A stretch of 64,000 bases of DNA from Antedon mediterranea. Lineage: Eukaryota > Animalia > Echinodermata. Positions within the stretch are counted from its first letter, which is position 1, and each line of letters starts with the position of its first letter. Positions 27,521-40,792 of the stretch are shown piece after piece. Below the pieces are notes generated by a model that made no database searches, was not told where the DNA came from, and saw only the letters and a list, made by a program, of their open reading frames with translations. The DNA lies in the NCBI RefSeq assembly GCF_964355755.1, contig NC_092680.1:6386001-6450000 (forward strand), given 5' to 3'. The position numbers and the translations under genes are program-made.

Positions 27521-27846
27521 GAGTGAGTGTGGCCGAGCGGTTAAGACAGTGGAATCGTAATCCATAGCCATAACATCGGCAAGGGTTCGAGGCTCACTCA
27601 CTCCGTGGTTCTGGTGATAGAACGAGTCTCGGATAAGGACTATAAACCGTAGGTCCAGAGTACACACTGGCTCGTGTGCACTTTAAAGAACCTATAGAGT
27701 ACATCTTTCGAGACGAGTAGCCTAGGGGGTTACCCCGGTGTACTAGTATACACACAGCCACTGTCACTAATCAAGAGGGCTCCTTGATTGTCAGCATACG
27801 CCGTTTAGGGTCATCCTCTATCAATAAGGTGTAATAAAAAAATAAA
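27521..27846 (+). mobile_element. tRNA-derived SINE with Deu/Nin-like central domain
   Basis: A-box TGGCCGAGCGG, B-box GGTTCGAG. Body TCGGATAAGGACTATAAACCGTAGGTCC..TTAAAGAACC..GAGTAG..GGGGTTACCCCGGTGT resembles the DeuSINE core. A-rich tail. Confidence 0.8.
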
Positions 27847-27937
27847 TTTTAAAAATAGGGAGCAGTGCTTTTGAAGTGCACGTAATATACCAAACACCAA
27901 CCAATGCGTTTTCAAAAATGTTCCATATAATACCTAC

Positions 27938-28073
27938 CTATCCATATGCAAACAATTATAATACGTGCTTTTCGAATACTCCTAGAATTTCGAGACTGAA
28001 CTGCTTTAACAATCAATGAATATCGATCAATGGTCACCAACATTAGCAGAAAACATGTTACTTGTGTTGAAAC
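27938..28073 (-). CDS. Kisspeptin-receptor-type GPCR, TM3-ICL2-TM4 exon
   Basis: tacag| acceptor, |gtaggt donor. 136 nt, phase 0-1. Encodes VSTQVTCFLLMLVTIDRYSLIVKAVQSRNSRSIRKARIIIVCIWI. Not in the supplied ORF track. Confidence 0.92.
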
Positions 28074-29317
28074 CTGTAACAAATAATACGAAAATGTTTG
28101 CTATAAAATATGATATAGGCCTACATAAAAGCTTTTTGTATTGTACATGATTTATTAACTACTCAATTTCGATCCATTATAGTATATAATGTCTGTGCCA
28201 ACTCATGGCATCTCTTTTTATAATCATGGTCTATGATTGATGACGTGTAAGAAGCAGTGTATGAGATATTTATAAAAAAAGAATCTTGTTTTTTGAAAAA
28301 TGTAGGTCAATATTACCAATTTGTTGAAATATATTTTATAGAATTAAACAATATTTTAAAATCACGATTGTATTGTATAAAACGCGTACAGTATTTCATT
28401 CTGTATGCCTGCTTATATACAAGTATTACGTTTTGCTTACGTCACAAAACGAATCGGGTATTTTGTTCTAGTTTTTGTAAACACCGTTTGTTTGGCTTCG
28501 CTTAGAATACCATGCCTATTTAATCTCAAAACAAACCAAAACATGTATAGGTAAGTGTTCGATCGTCGTCAACATCAACGCTAACTTCGATATTGAGAAG
28601 GTAATCCCTAGATCCTGATCCGAATTACTTTCATTACTATTTTTAGAGGTCAGCATATCATTTCGAATAATAATTACAAAGTTTGTCCAATTGCAATCAA
28701 ACACATGTCTAGACAGTATTCCAGAGTTTAATCAATGATTCAATGAATGGATAAATAAAGTATTTGACCTTAAACCAAAGGTAATTAGTTATTTGTCACA
28801 CAGTGACTTTATTAATAGAAACGAATCTTTTTTTTTGTATGTTATCAACTGCACAGAGCTCGCCTTTTCAAGATAGGAACTCGTAAGTCATTTGTTCTTA
28901 TGTCTGGCTGCGAAAAAGTAGTATTGTAGATATTCTCCTCCTCGAAGCGCGATGTCTGTTAAGGGGCGTGGAACTGATATTGTCGAAGCCACCGATAAAC
29001 CATTTGATCTCCGGGGCTCAGCATCCTGTTGTTAGATTGGAAAGAATAACTACAGGTAGCCGACGTTTATTCAAAGAAATTAGAAATATTATTGCCATTG
29101 TCAGTAATGCCAGCTTTGTTGGCACCGTACTACTTTAACCAACTCACAAAATATTCAGCCCCCAAAATATTTTGAAATAAATGGATTGAATTACAGAAAG
29201 AAATAAATCATTGCCTTTATTGTCTATTCTAATTCTTGAGAATCATTGTTCATCACTACTTTATACACAACACAAATAAAGAGGTAAAACCAATCAATGC
29301 AAAGCTTTTAAGAAAAC

Positions 29318-30021
29318 AATCACATTCAAATCAAAATAATTTATTCTAAAGAATCTCCAAATCACTCTACATGAGGAAATTATTCAAAGTAAATTGAAAA
29401 AAAATAATTGTAGGCATATAATGAAATATTGAATTTTGAAATCCCATCAAGATTATGGTTTCAATAAAATTTCAAAGCGTAGGTATTATCATGGTTATCG
29501 ATATTCAACTGTATAAACTTACATAATACATGTATATTACCATACCTTTCTTAAGCTCTGTCTACACTATCAAACTTTATTTGCCAATAAAAATGTTATG
29601 TGCCTATATATTGACATGATGATTTCATATCACTACCATATTTGGGCATCAGTACCATATTTGGGCACACATCATACTTTTTTGTCAAACTACATTGATA
29701 GTGCAGACATAACTTTACAATAGCTTGATAATCAGTTGTAATGTGTTTTCAAAATGATTAATGTTTCTTTATTCAAAAAATCACATTCAAATCAAAATAA
29801 ATGTATTCCTAAGAATCTCCAAATCAGTCTACATGAACAAATTATTCAAAGTAAATTGAAAACCGTAATTGTAGGCATAATAAATAAAATCTTGAATTTT
29901 GAAATCCCATCGAAATTATGGTTTCAATAAAACAAAATATCAAGGTGTTAAAAAAGTATTATCGTGGCTTTAATATTCAACTATGTTTAAATTCATTATA
30001 CTGCATATACATCATACCTTT
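29318..30021. repeat. ~235-bp direct duplication with a MITE between the copies
   Basis: 29318-29549 and 29779-30021 align from AATCACATTCAAATCAAAATAA to CATACCTTT. Confidence 0.75.
29553..29715. mobile_element. MITE, family B (TIR AAGCTCTGTCTACACTATCAAA)
   Basis: Shared core ATATGGACATGATGATGTCATATCACTACCATATTTGGGCA; six copies in the window. Confidence 0.8.
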
Positions 30022-32942
30022 ATTGATAATTCTAACGTGTGGTCAGAATGATTCATTTTCCTCAACCTAAGTGCTTAAAAAGCTATACATTTACATTATT
30101 TATATTCTACATATGTTATTCTTCAACTACCAACACTAATACTTTTAAATGTAGGCCAATAATATTATACCTTTTGATAGTTAATTACAATGAAAGTAAT
30201 AATAACAAGACAGTTATAGAAGCAGTCTATTTAATTAAAAACGTGGATTTCTTTTACTTAACTCATATTAATATAGTCATGCTTACATCATAAATGAACG
30301 ACGTACCAATAAGAAGGCTCCAAACTAATAATTGTCTAGCTCATCAAGACACACACAGTAAGTGTTGATAATTGATATATTTTCGTGTGTTATTTTCATC
30401 AAAGATAGATAACAAACTTATGCATTAGTAAGTTAGTATCTATGATAGGAAAGATATCTAGTGACGCATAAAGGAGTTTTAGATGGATTTTAATACATCA
30501 CCATGATATAGCATTTTAAAAATAACGAGTCAATTTACATATTATTATAAACTTAATCACTAAGTAAGACTTAGGATGAATACGATTTTTAGTTTAGAAG
30601 AATATAATGTAAAAAAGATAAAGAAATATTAAACCGCCCAGCAATACAGCTGAAATATTATATGAAACGATAAAGATGAGAATTCTGCAAGAGTAGACAA
30701 AAAAAAAACATTAACGGAGTTGATTGTAATTCAGTACATGGTTTCAGTGTTGTAATTTCACAGGTGTTGATCAATCTTGATTCCATGCTTAATTTTAGTT
30801 GATCGATTGGGATAAGTATAACATACCGTAGTGAAAAAAAAGAGATTTATTAGCCCAATAGAATATGATGCGGGAAATTTACAACAACAGGAGAAATGGT
30901 TATACAGGTATACATGATGTTGTTTATGATATGGTGTGCCTTAACGTGTAGGTTAGCACCAGGATCCACTCTTCTCTGGTCAAGACAAAATTGTACATTA
31001 AACATAATAAATATCAAGGAAGTAATTCCAAACCAATTCCAAATAAACCTTGTTTCAATAAAAATCACACCTTTTTTGCATTATTTATAAAAACAGTGCC
31101 TTAATGCTTCTGGTTTTCTGTCTATACCTGAATTTATTAGTGCATTTTAAGTTACAAAAGGTTGATCTGAATCAGTGCATTTTAAGTTACAAAAGATTTA
31201 CCTAGTCAGTGCATTTTGAGTTACAAACGTTGACAAATGCATAAAATACATGTGTAGCTAGTTGGATGTTGTGTAAAGTTTAAACAAGTGGATCACCGAC
31301 GGTCTCCGTTGATGAATATTTTCGTCAGTTATCTGACACGTAGAATACCCACATTAGCAATACCTTTTTGTTCTTACCGCTGGTATATTTTTAGAAAAAC
31401 GAAGATATTAATTGTCATAGAAATCGCTAACCAGTTCGAATGTTGTTGTTTGTATCTAAACCCCATCAATAAGCTACAGTGAAAAGGCGTTAATCTCTAT
31501 TGTACAGTGTGATGAAAACAAAATTGATTGATGTTACGAATTCAAATTTCCTGCCGCGCCTCAGAATAAAAAATATTTTTGAATGGACGAATAGGTCTAG
31601 GCCTAATATCAATTCAAAACATTAAATTACTAAATTTAGATTTAAATCATGTTAATTCAAGTGTGTTATTAAATATTTGAATAGCTACAGTACAGTATAT
31701 GCCATCTTGTCTGTGTTGAGATATTTGTATTTGAAATCGTGTCGACTAATAGCCGCCATTTTGTTTTCTTTTTAAAACTAAAATTATTTTTCAACGGTTC
31801 ATATTATTGTGAAATTTCAGTTAGTACCAAACGTGGTAAAAAATTTTTTCCTGATTTTAGTAAACTGGCGATATTCAATGGCGAATGTCTTATAACAATT
31901 GAGACGTATCAACATTTTACGAAAAACAAATGTCAAAACCAAATTTTTTGTTGATTCAACATATAGCAGATATTTCATCAGCTTTTACTCCAAAATAATG
32001 TTTACATGGAGTGTTTTTGTTTGTTGTTTGTTTTGTTTTTTTTAAAGGCAGAGTAAAAGCTTTAGTAATAAAGCATTATTCAGCAATAAAAGACTTCTAG
32101 TCTACTGTGATCAATAGTTTAATTGTCTGTCGTATTCCCATCATAATTTGTACGGTACTAATATAGAGTAACAGATGTTTCTTATTATGGCATCTATATA
32201 TGTAATAGTCTACATAAAATGTTTGAATACAATCAAAATAATACTTATATGGATACGGTATACAATTATGATTTTATTCATGTCCTAAAGTGAATTTCTA
32301 TTTACTTAATTCACTGCATCCATCTTGAATCAATGTCGATTTTTCTTTTCGTAAATAAGTTAAGGACCCTTTATGTGAAAGATAGCCGAACTACTTCCTA
32401 ACTATAAGTAAACCTAACCCTCTAAATAATCTCTATCTTACTATAAAGTAAAAAGAAATTGCTCATGGGATTTGAACCATATACATCGACATGTCCATAG
32501 TCTAATCTACTCGACTACACAGACGGCTCGACAGAAAGCGTTTGTATTGGATAATTGTAGTAGCTCAATTCTTACGCCACTTATGAATATGACTAATGAA
32601 TGTTTATGTTTATTTGTGACGTTTCATGAGGGGCCCCACATTATGTACGAAAAGAAATATCGCAGGCAGAGTTATTACCAACGTATTTTTATTATGTTAT
32701 ATTATATGTTTTTATCTATTATGAACTACATTGTATTATTTAAAAAATAACATATTTTCAAACGGTAGGAATGCCTAATAATAATCGGAGACTGAACAGA
32801 ACCTTATTTTTAGAACGTGAGTAGTTGTGTTATAAAACAAAGTGAATGGTTTGTATTTGTTGATAGCACCTCGTTAAATTAAACAGTCAATATTATTTTT
32901 ACTCATGAAATATTTTCACCATTGAACAGTCAATATTACTTC

Positions 32943-34690
32943 AACTCATGAAATATTTTCACCATTGAACGTGAACATTTTTTACTCATTTTTTTCTATG
33001 TATGTTTTCATTGATTTGTCTGAACGATGGTAATTAAACTTTCAGAGTAACCAAAAATAAATTAAAGAGATAAGTATGTACTAATTGTTATAAATGTGTA
33101 GTAATTTAGGTGTAAAATAGCTATTTAAGTGCGTATATTAATATTGATTTAGATCCGTGTTCGAAAATAAGCGGTGAAATATAGAATGTTAAGAAAAATC
33201 AATATAACTTCCATTTAAACCATTAGATGACAAATTACTTGTTGAAAGCAACGGAGGCGTCACTAGAAATTAATCGACCACCCGTGATAAATTATTGCAT
33301 TTTAATGAGTTCTCAACTATATTGAATTATGCTATGATTAATTAATAGGTTTGGTAATGTGATTCGCATCAAAAGAATGTAATTCAGTTAGGAATATATT
33401 ATGTGTTTAAAAAGGTATTACAGTACAGAGAGTCTTGTTTAATCAAATATTCGCATCAAGATAATGGTACAGAATTCAGTTAGTTGAGCATAATATACGA
33501 TTTTCGGGTACTGGATCTAGATTTGCCCACCAGTTTCATAGACAAATTCCGAAAAGCTATGTTTACACTATTAAACTAGTTTTAAAAAGATGTGATGTGC
33601 CAAAAATATTGTAGTACTATGACGTCATAATGTCCATATATGGGTACATCACAATTGTTACATAAAGTTTAATAGTGTAGACAAAGATTCATGCAAGTGT
33701 CATAGGTCATAACCAAACCCTTAAACTAACCTTACATGATACGCCACGTGTGATCGGTATTACCGAATGTTATGATGCTGGCCAAATATTGTCGATCGTA
33801 CATGGAGATAAAGCACTGAGAATTGGGTATAAAGGCCTAAACAAATTGTATTTATTAAAAATATTACTGAAACGCTATTTGCACATTCCACGCAGTTTTC
33901 TCTATAAATAACGCAATGGTAACATATAGAGTTATATCATATCATATTACTTTCATTTAAGTTGATTAGAGGAGCTTTCGGAGTTTTATCCACCTTTTTT
34001 ATCGTTTAATTCCACACTGCTTCTTCCCATGGTTTGTCTGTAAACCATAGTGAAAGGAATTGGATATAGCTGTACAAAATGAACTTGAATGGCAAAAGCA
34101 TATAAACAGAAAAAGGTTATACTTTTATGTTACATGATTATATAAATGTTACCCAATAAAAATCAATTGTATTTTTTTTCTCTCTACCGAATAATCAATT
34201 AACAACGTAATTTATGTGATAAAATATCTTTTTGGCATAATTTGTTTGTTTTTTGTTTTTCTGAAATAGATTTTTTATTTAAAAACAAGTTTGTTCTGAT
34301 TTAATTTAGCTTTTACTTACTGTAAATAGTTATACCATTATAAATAAACTATTTCATCATTATTATACACACAAATGCCTACCCGCCTACCTGTATTTCA
34401 TATAATTGTCTTTAAATTTATTTCTAATGATCCAAAGTAAAGATTCAAATAAATTAATATTTATAAATATACATTTGTTGTGAACTCATGAAATATTCTC
34501 AAAATTGAACATTTTTAAAATTTTTTTTATGTATATTTTCATTGATTTGTCTGAATGATGGTAATACAACATTTGAGTAACCAAACATAAATTGCATTCA
34601 TTACTGAGATAAGTATGTACTAATTGTTATAAATTTGTAGTAATTTAGGTGTAAAATGGCTATTTAAGTGCGTAAATGGATATTAATATT
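32943..34690. repeat. Dispersed ~200-bp direct duplication (32943-33140 and 34483-34690)
   Basis: Shared AACTCATGAAATATT...TTTTCATTGATTTGTCTGAA...GAGATAAGTATGTACTAATTGTTATAAAT...GCTATTTAAGTGCGTA. Confidence 0.7.
33554..33688. mobile_element. MITE, family B (degenerate, reverse orientation)
   Basis: AAGCTATGTTTACACTATTAAACT ... AGTTTAATAGTGTAGACAAAG. Confidence 0.7.
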
Positions 34691-35183
34691 AATAATAATG
34701 GCTATTTAAGTATTTAATGATGCATGTTACTGTTTACCCTACATGTTGATAGTATAATATGGACTTTGTATACTCTTGAATATGCTACTCTCGAAATTCA
34801 ACAATTAGTAGCGTAGAAATCGAAAATCCGAAAGGATTTAGAATGCATCCACCAACCAGCAGAATATAACTTATTTCCTCTACAAATTTGGATAGAAACA
34901 ATGCTGTTTGAAAAATGATACAAATGACACGCACAATATTAAAGGTGATTTATTAACGATAATTGAAAAAATGTACTTATGTCCGGCACACAAGGATTTT
35001 AAATCTTTACTTAAGGCAAAGCGTGAAAGAAATACTTCCATCCATGGTCTGAGCTAGTTAAATAGAAGTTTCTTTAAAAATTGTACTGTAGTTCAAGAAG
35101 ATAAAAAAGGATGTATGAAATACAATAGACCTATTGAAGCCAATGACATACATCTTTTAAATGAAATCAGATTTGTCTGTATA

Positions 35184-35343
35184 AAGCTCTGTCAACACTA
35201 TCAAACTTTATGTGATAACAAATATGATGTGCCTATATATGGACATGGTTATGTCATATCACTACCATATTTGGGCATATCACTACCATATTTGGGGAAA
35301 TCACACTTTTTGTCAGATTAGTTTAATAATGTAGACAGAGCTT
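35184..35343. mobile_element. MITE, family B
   Basis: AAGCTCTGTCAACACTATCAAAC ... GTAGACAGAGCTT; the right terminus is tandemly duplicated. Confidence 0.8.
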
Positions 35344-35764
35344 TAGACAGAGCTTTAGACAAAAAACTGTTGTTGTCGTGTAGTTAACAATGCACAGAGT
35401 TGGCTTTTGAAATGGTCCAGTTTGATTACGAAGTTAATACTGATTAGTTCATGAAGTAACTACAACTTGAACCAATCCATCATTCTTGTGCAAAGTGAAA
35501 ATAATCTCAGTTTTTCTCATAAACATGTATAACAATCAAATACCATTACTAGCTTAAGAGTTTATTGAAAAACAAAATAAAAGCGACCGTTCTTTTTTTT
35601 TTACACGACGCGGTGCGACTACTATACAGTTATTGAGCATATCAATCATTGTGCGCATGCTCATGTTTCTGAACGTGGGCTGAATGGATTTCGACTCATC
35701 AGATGCGCAGTTCAATTGAGTGTATTTAAAATATACCCTGTACTATTATAGAACGCATACTTAC

Positions 35765-35958
35765 GAATTGCATGTATGAGATCATTCGGCAACCAAAATC
35801 TCCAAATGGCCAATCCACCATAAAAAACAATATAGTCATAGGTATTGCACAGAATACAAGTAACGATATGTCTGTAATTGCCAGATGTAGTAGATACTGG
35901 TTAGTTATTGTCCGCATGTCCTTATTAGTGATGATGATATACAATACTAACGTATTAC
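35765..35958 (-). CDS. Kisspeptin-receptor-type GPCR, TM1 end-TM2-ECL1-TM3 start exon
   Basis: Acceptor ttttttttctattccatag|, donor |gtaagt. 194 nt, phase 1-0. Encodes (G)NTLVLYIIITNKDMRTITNQYLLHLAITDISLLVFCAIP...WPFGDFGCRMISYMQF. Confidence 0.92.
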
Positions 35959-36145
35959 CTATGGAATAGAAAAAAAAAATCAAACTACTTTATAGCCTAA
36001 TTACTATTACAGCAAATGAAACTCGAACCGAAGCGTGTTTGAAGACCAACATCATTGGATGTGTTTGAATGGTCAGAAAATCATCTCCAACTGAAGTAGT
36101 AAACGAGTGCGTCTGGGTGATTTGCTCTTGGGCTAATGCGAATGT

Positions 36146-36273
36146 TTCTGGACTAGCACGTGGTATGCGTCTGGTCTGCCCATGATATGCGTCTAGAATA
36201 GCACGTGACATGCTTCTGGACTAGCGCGCGACATGCTTCTGGACTAGCACGTGACATAACTTCTGGTCTAGCA
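36146..36273. repeat. Short degenerate minisatellite (~23-bp unit)
   Basis: TTCTGGACTAGCACGTGACATGC-like unit, about 5-6 copies. Confidence 0.65.
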
Positions 36274-37552
36274 TTTTTTTTTTTTTTTTGTCTATTCAAT
36301 TAAAAAAGTCAGTGTATAATGCTTTTAGTAATTTCTAAAAACTAACATCATGGTTGTTGGTGAAACAAATATAATGCTTTGAATTCTCACGGGCCATTAG
36401 TTCAATTGGAAATGAATGATAGAAGGTTAAACACATTACAATGTTGGTGTTAACTTTTAACAATATGCACTATGGTACACGCATAAGTGCACCCGTCATG
36501 TCTACATTAAAAACTATTCATTAAAATAGTATAATGTGATATTCATATTCTACAGATACATTTCTGAATTGCCATTGGCCATCTGATTCATTTCACAATT
36601 ATATTTATATACAGTTATGTTTAATATGTATGAGTTGCTGTCTGTAGAAACACTTTGATCTACCGATCTGTCGCTGAAATAGATTCTTGTAAATAAAGCC
36701 TTTTTATTAGGATCCCAGAGGTCAAATAAAGCAACAAAACAACATTATTATCAGCTTAAATAACTCGTTTATACCGTGAGTAATCGGCTACGGACATTCA
36801 TTTTAAAAGGTGAATAAAAGCAACGTTTATTCATCACGTAAACGTGACGTAAGTCTTTGAGTAAATCAGCATTTTGGCAAGCATAACAAAAGCACTTTCA
36901 AATAAAACATTATAGCTAAGTATTATTATGATAGAATCCGAGACATCGATAGTACGTTATTCTTCCCTGGTTATTTCTACTAATAAAATATACATGAATA
37001 TTCTTTTCCGTATAGAAACCTATGATCCTAAATCTCTGAACACTATTTCTACACCGAAGCGCGTAACAATTTCGAAAGGCATTGTGGGATAGAATAGAGC
37101 TAATGGGTGGCGCCATTGTGAGCCATGGACTAGCGCGCCCGCATAAAATTAGAAAGTCAAAATCATAGAGGGGATCTGCTAATACTATAGGGGGGGATAG
37201 AGTAATTGACTGAACCCTCTATATAGTAATTAATAGTTTTGACTTCCTAGTTTTATCATTCATTTCCATGCTGTGAAATGGCGTCGCCCAGTTTGACCTT
37301 TTAACCCTGTACTTCCGATACTATGTTTTGAATGCAAATTAAAGAACAGGAGATTGTTGTGTTATAAGTTCTTTGATAATACCAAATGACCAACGTTCAA
37401 GAAAGTCGGTAGTTGTTGCCATTTTCTAACAAAGTTATATGATTCCGGTAAAAAATAAGAATTGAAAATATTGTGTTCTAGAACATAAACCCAGTCAGTA
37501 GAATTTTGTGACCTTTGACTCAGCAAAATCGTAAAAAAAAATGTATTTTTTA

Positions 37553-37804
37553 ACTTTCACAAGATATGTACCTCGGCTGCGGAGAGTTCTTGTTTAAAAT
37601 CACCTGTTAAATGTTATTAACATGAAATTATGTCAATGTGTAACTAATCTACTTTTTTAAGATGATAATCGTTAAACATTTCTATTTTTTTACTTTTACA
37701 AGATATGTACCTCGGCTGCGGAGAGTTCTTGTTTAAAATCACCTGTTTAAATGTTATTAACATGAAATTATGTCAATGTAACTAATCTACTTTTTTAAGA
37801 TGAT
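37553..37804. repeat. Near-identical ~112-bp direct repeat
   Basis: ACAAGATATGTACCTCGGCTGCGGAGAG...ACTTTTTTAAGATGAT occurs twice. Confidence 0.85.
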
Positions 37805-38841
37805 CCCTGTTCTTTCTCTTATTTAGTATGTAGCACAACAGGTAAATGTATTGGTCCATTGGAGCATGGAGGAAGTTTTTTCCTCCATGATTGGAGAAAC
37901 TCAACGCCTATGATATTGTTATAGTCTGTAGTAACACAGACAGAGAGGTCTAATTCATGTGAACTAGAAATAATCGGTTAAATTCGGAAATATATGCTCT
38001 GGTATGTTTAATTTTAAAATGGCTGATCACCAACACATATTAATATATAAATATACATCTTGACCTTCTAATTTGCAAATTTAGGAATGTTAAATATTAA
38101 CGAAAGTGTAACTTTTTGGTCAAATATACACCCCATAAGTTTTGTATTTAAAAAATAAAATGACTCTGTATAATACAGTATGAAAATTATTCGGTTATTT
38201 TTTCAAATAATTATGTTAAATGTTTTCTAATCCTAAATACAATATCTATATGCGATGATCAATACATAAAACAGCGGAGTTAAGTTATTCAATTCAATTC
38301 AATTCAATTTCTTTATTGCTGCAAATGCTATCAAGGGCTAATATCCGCTTAAACATACTACATCATACAAACATAATAATACATAGGCCTATTTACATTT
38401 AAAATTTAAACACATAAAAATTGCAGTCATTACAACTGTAGTAGTTATTATTATTTTTAATTATTGTTGTTATGATTATTGTTATTGTTATTATAATAAT
38501 TAATAAAAGTGTAATAAATTATAGGTTACCTCTTAAGGGCAGTTTTAATGTTATTTTTAAATACAGTAGCAGAAAATAAGTATGTCACAAACAGGCAACT
38601 TGCCGATCAATGGATTATATAACCAATCGAAGAATTAAACAATGTCCTCATTCAAATCAATGGAGAATAATGACTTCAATTATTTTCAAAAATAGATAGA
38701 TGTAAAAATAATTACAAAGATTGATATTCATAGGGATTTAAACGACTTACGATAATACTGCACTAAACCATTCGTATAAACTTAGCTTGAACGACATAAA
38801 TTTTTTTTCCAACATGATGTCGTTCACATAGATCATGTTCC

Positions 38842-39034
38842 TTTTTAGTCGCGTGGACGCGACTCAATGGTTCACTATGTCTGTCGGTCCGTCGGTCTGT
38901 CGGTCTGTCTGTCGGTCCGGTATCACTATACGTTTTATCGCTTTTCTGTACTTTTTGAACTGTTGTGATGTACATTACTTTTTGAAAGTTCATTTTTTTC
39001 TGAGAGCACGCGACTTATGGCTGTTGGCCTTGTT
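38842..39034 (+). mobile_element. Helentron-associated non-autonomous element (HINE/DINE-1-like)
   Basis: 5' T-run, subterminal IR AGTCGCGTG (38847) with a local palindrome, GTCT/GTCG microsatellite, 3' subterminal IR CACGCGACT (39007), end GGCCTTGTT. Confidence 0.65.
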
Positions 39035-40640
39035 AAAGTATATCCAGAGGATATTCCAAGTTGATACATACAAAACATGTATAATGAGAGAAATACAATG
39101 TAAATTGAACGTTTGAAATGTTTGTTCAATTTAATGTGATGAGATTTAACTTTGCAAATTTATAATGATTGATTGATTGATGATCGATGATCGACAATTT
39201 TTTAGCATAAACAGGCCACATAATCGAGAAATAGGGTAGACCTAGATAAATGATCAAAAAGACTGACACCCTATGAAATCGACGCGTTGACCAATCAGAT
39301 GTGAAGTTTCTCCCACATGAATAATTCATAAGACACAGTTAAATGCAGAAACATAGCAATGTAGGTAATTGAAATACCCTTAGGTATGATTAAAAATGAG
39401 AAAGTATAACAACTTCTTATGGCATTAAGTGTAACGAGAATTAAAAAACTATTATAGCTTAATCAATTCTAACACTGCGTAAAATGTGAATTAGAATAGA
39501 TTGTTATAGTTTAAAGTATCATAGCAAGAGACCTAAATTATGAATTAATGTGAATGCCGTTGCTAACTCCTATCTCTTTACGTAGCAGCAACTACACATA
39601 ATTTACAATTATTCAGTGATGACTATTGTAATTATTCAATCAATATATTCAATTTAATATAATTTAGAATCGTTTTCCCATAATATTGTAATGTCCAACA
39701 ACAATAAACGAGAAACCAAAACAGTAATCCATGTGAAAGAAAGGTTGTAGTTAGCAGACAAGACACTTATGCCCGGTTTAGTGTTGCCAGACATGACACC
39801 GTGCGAGAATCGAGTGAATTTTCAACGTTAAGATTTTTGTTATTCTCACTTTTGGAAGAGAGGCTATATCGCAAAATAAGCAAAACAGTGTTCGTTTTCT
39901 CGAATACATTTTTTCCACTGAAATAGATCACCTAATTAACTTTATTTATTCGTCTTCACATTTAATGCATTTAGCAGACATTTATCTAATACAGTATATA
40001 GATTGACAGTTGTTTAGTCACTTGATTGGATTTTAGATTATGTTTAATAAAAAAAAAAAAAATTAGATTGTTATAAGCGTTTAATGGTAAAGCAGATGAA
40101 ATGTAAAACGTAGTGCATAATATAAGTCTGGCAAAGGACGGATTGTAAAGAGAAAATATATGATAGATGCTCTATGTACAAGATAGTAATTGTGATGGTA
40201 TGAAAGACGATGACGGCACTAATGGTCGAGTATCAAATAAGAAAAAGGAAACTGAAAGAAATCAACTACAATCAGTACGATAACAAAGTCCTTTCTACAA
40301 TTAGCCTGAAGCAGTATGACAAAATATATCGGTCAAATTCAGCTACTAAATCGAGTACCGGTAACTGACGTATACTCCACAATGTGTCAATAAGTAGCAA
40401 CTTTGCATACTTATTAAGTACATTATCGTCACCGTACTACAAATCAAACTACTCTTTACATGATTAAAGTTGCATTGTCACGAAATTGATATCAAAGATA
40501 ATACAAAAATCGTTAATACCTATTACTCGCAGCCACTAAGATAATACTTAGCCATCACCAAGAACCTAACCGGTAACATATTACATTCGATATTTTATCA
40601 GTAAGTCCGTGTGTCGAATACAAATTTAAATGTTTGTTCT

Positions 40641-40792
40641 AAAGCTTGGTTTCCACTAGGACGCAACGTAAGGACGTAAGCGCAACATGATCGAGTTGAT
40701 CAATCACAAGCGATGGATTATTCAAACTGTCGCTTGTCATTGGTCAACTCTCTTGGGTTACGTCCTTGCGTTGCGTTCTAGTAGGAACCAAT
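40641..40792. mobile_element. MITE, family A
   Basis: AAGCTTGGTTTCCACTAGGACGCAACG ... CGTTGCGTTCTAGTAGGAACCAA. Confidence 0.8.

Noticed and set aside
27521-27603. tRNA gene
   Set aside because: The T-arm pairs poorly and the sequence continues into a SINE body and tail.
38763-39129. Overlapping short ORFs
   Set aside because: They derive from the microsatellite-containing Helentron-like element.
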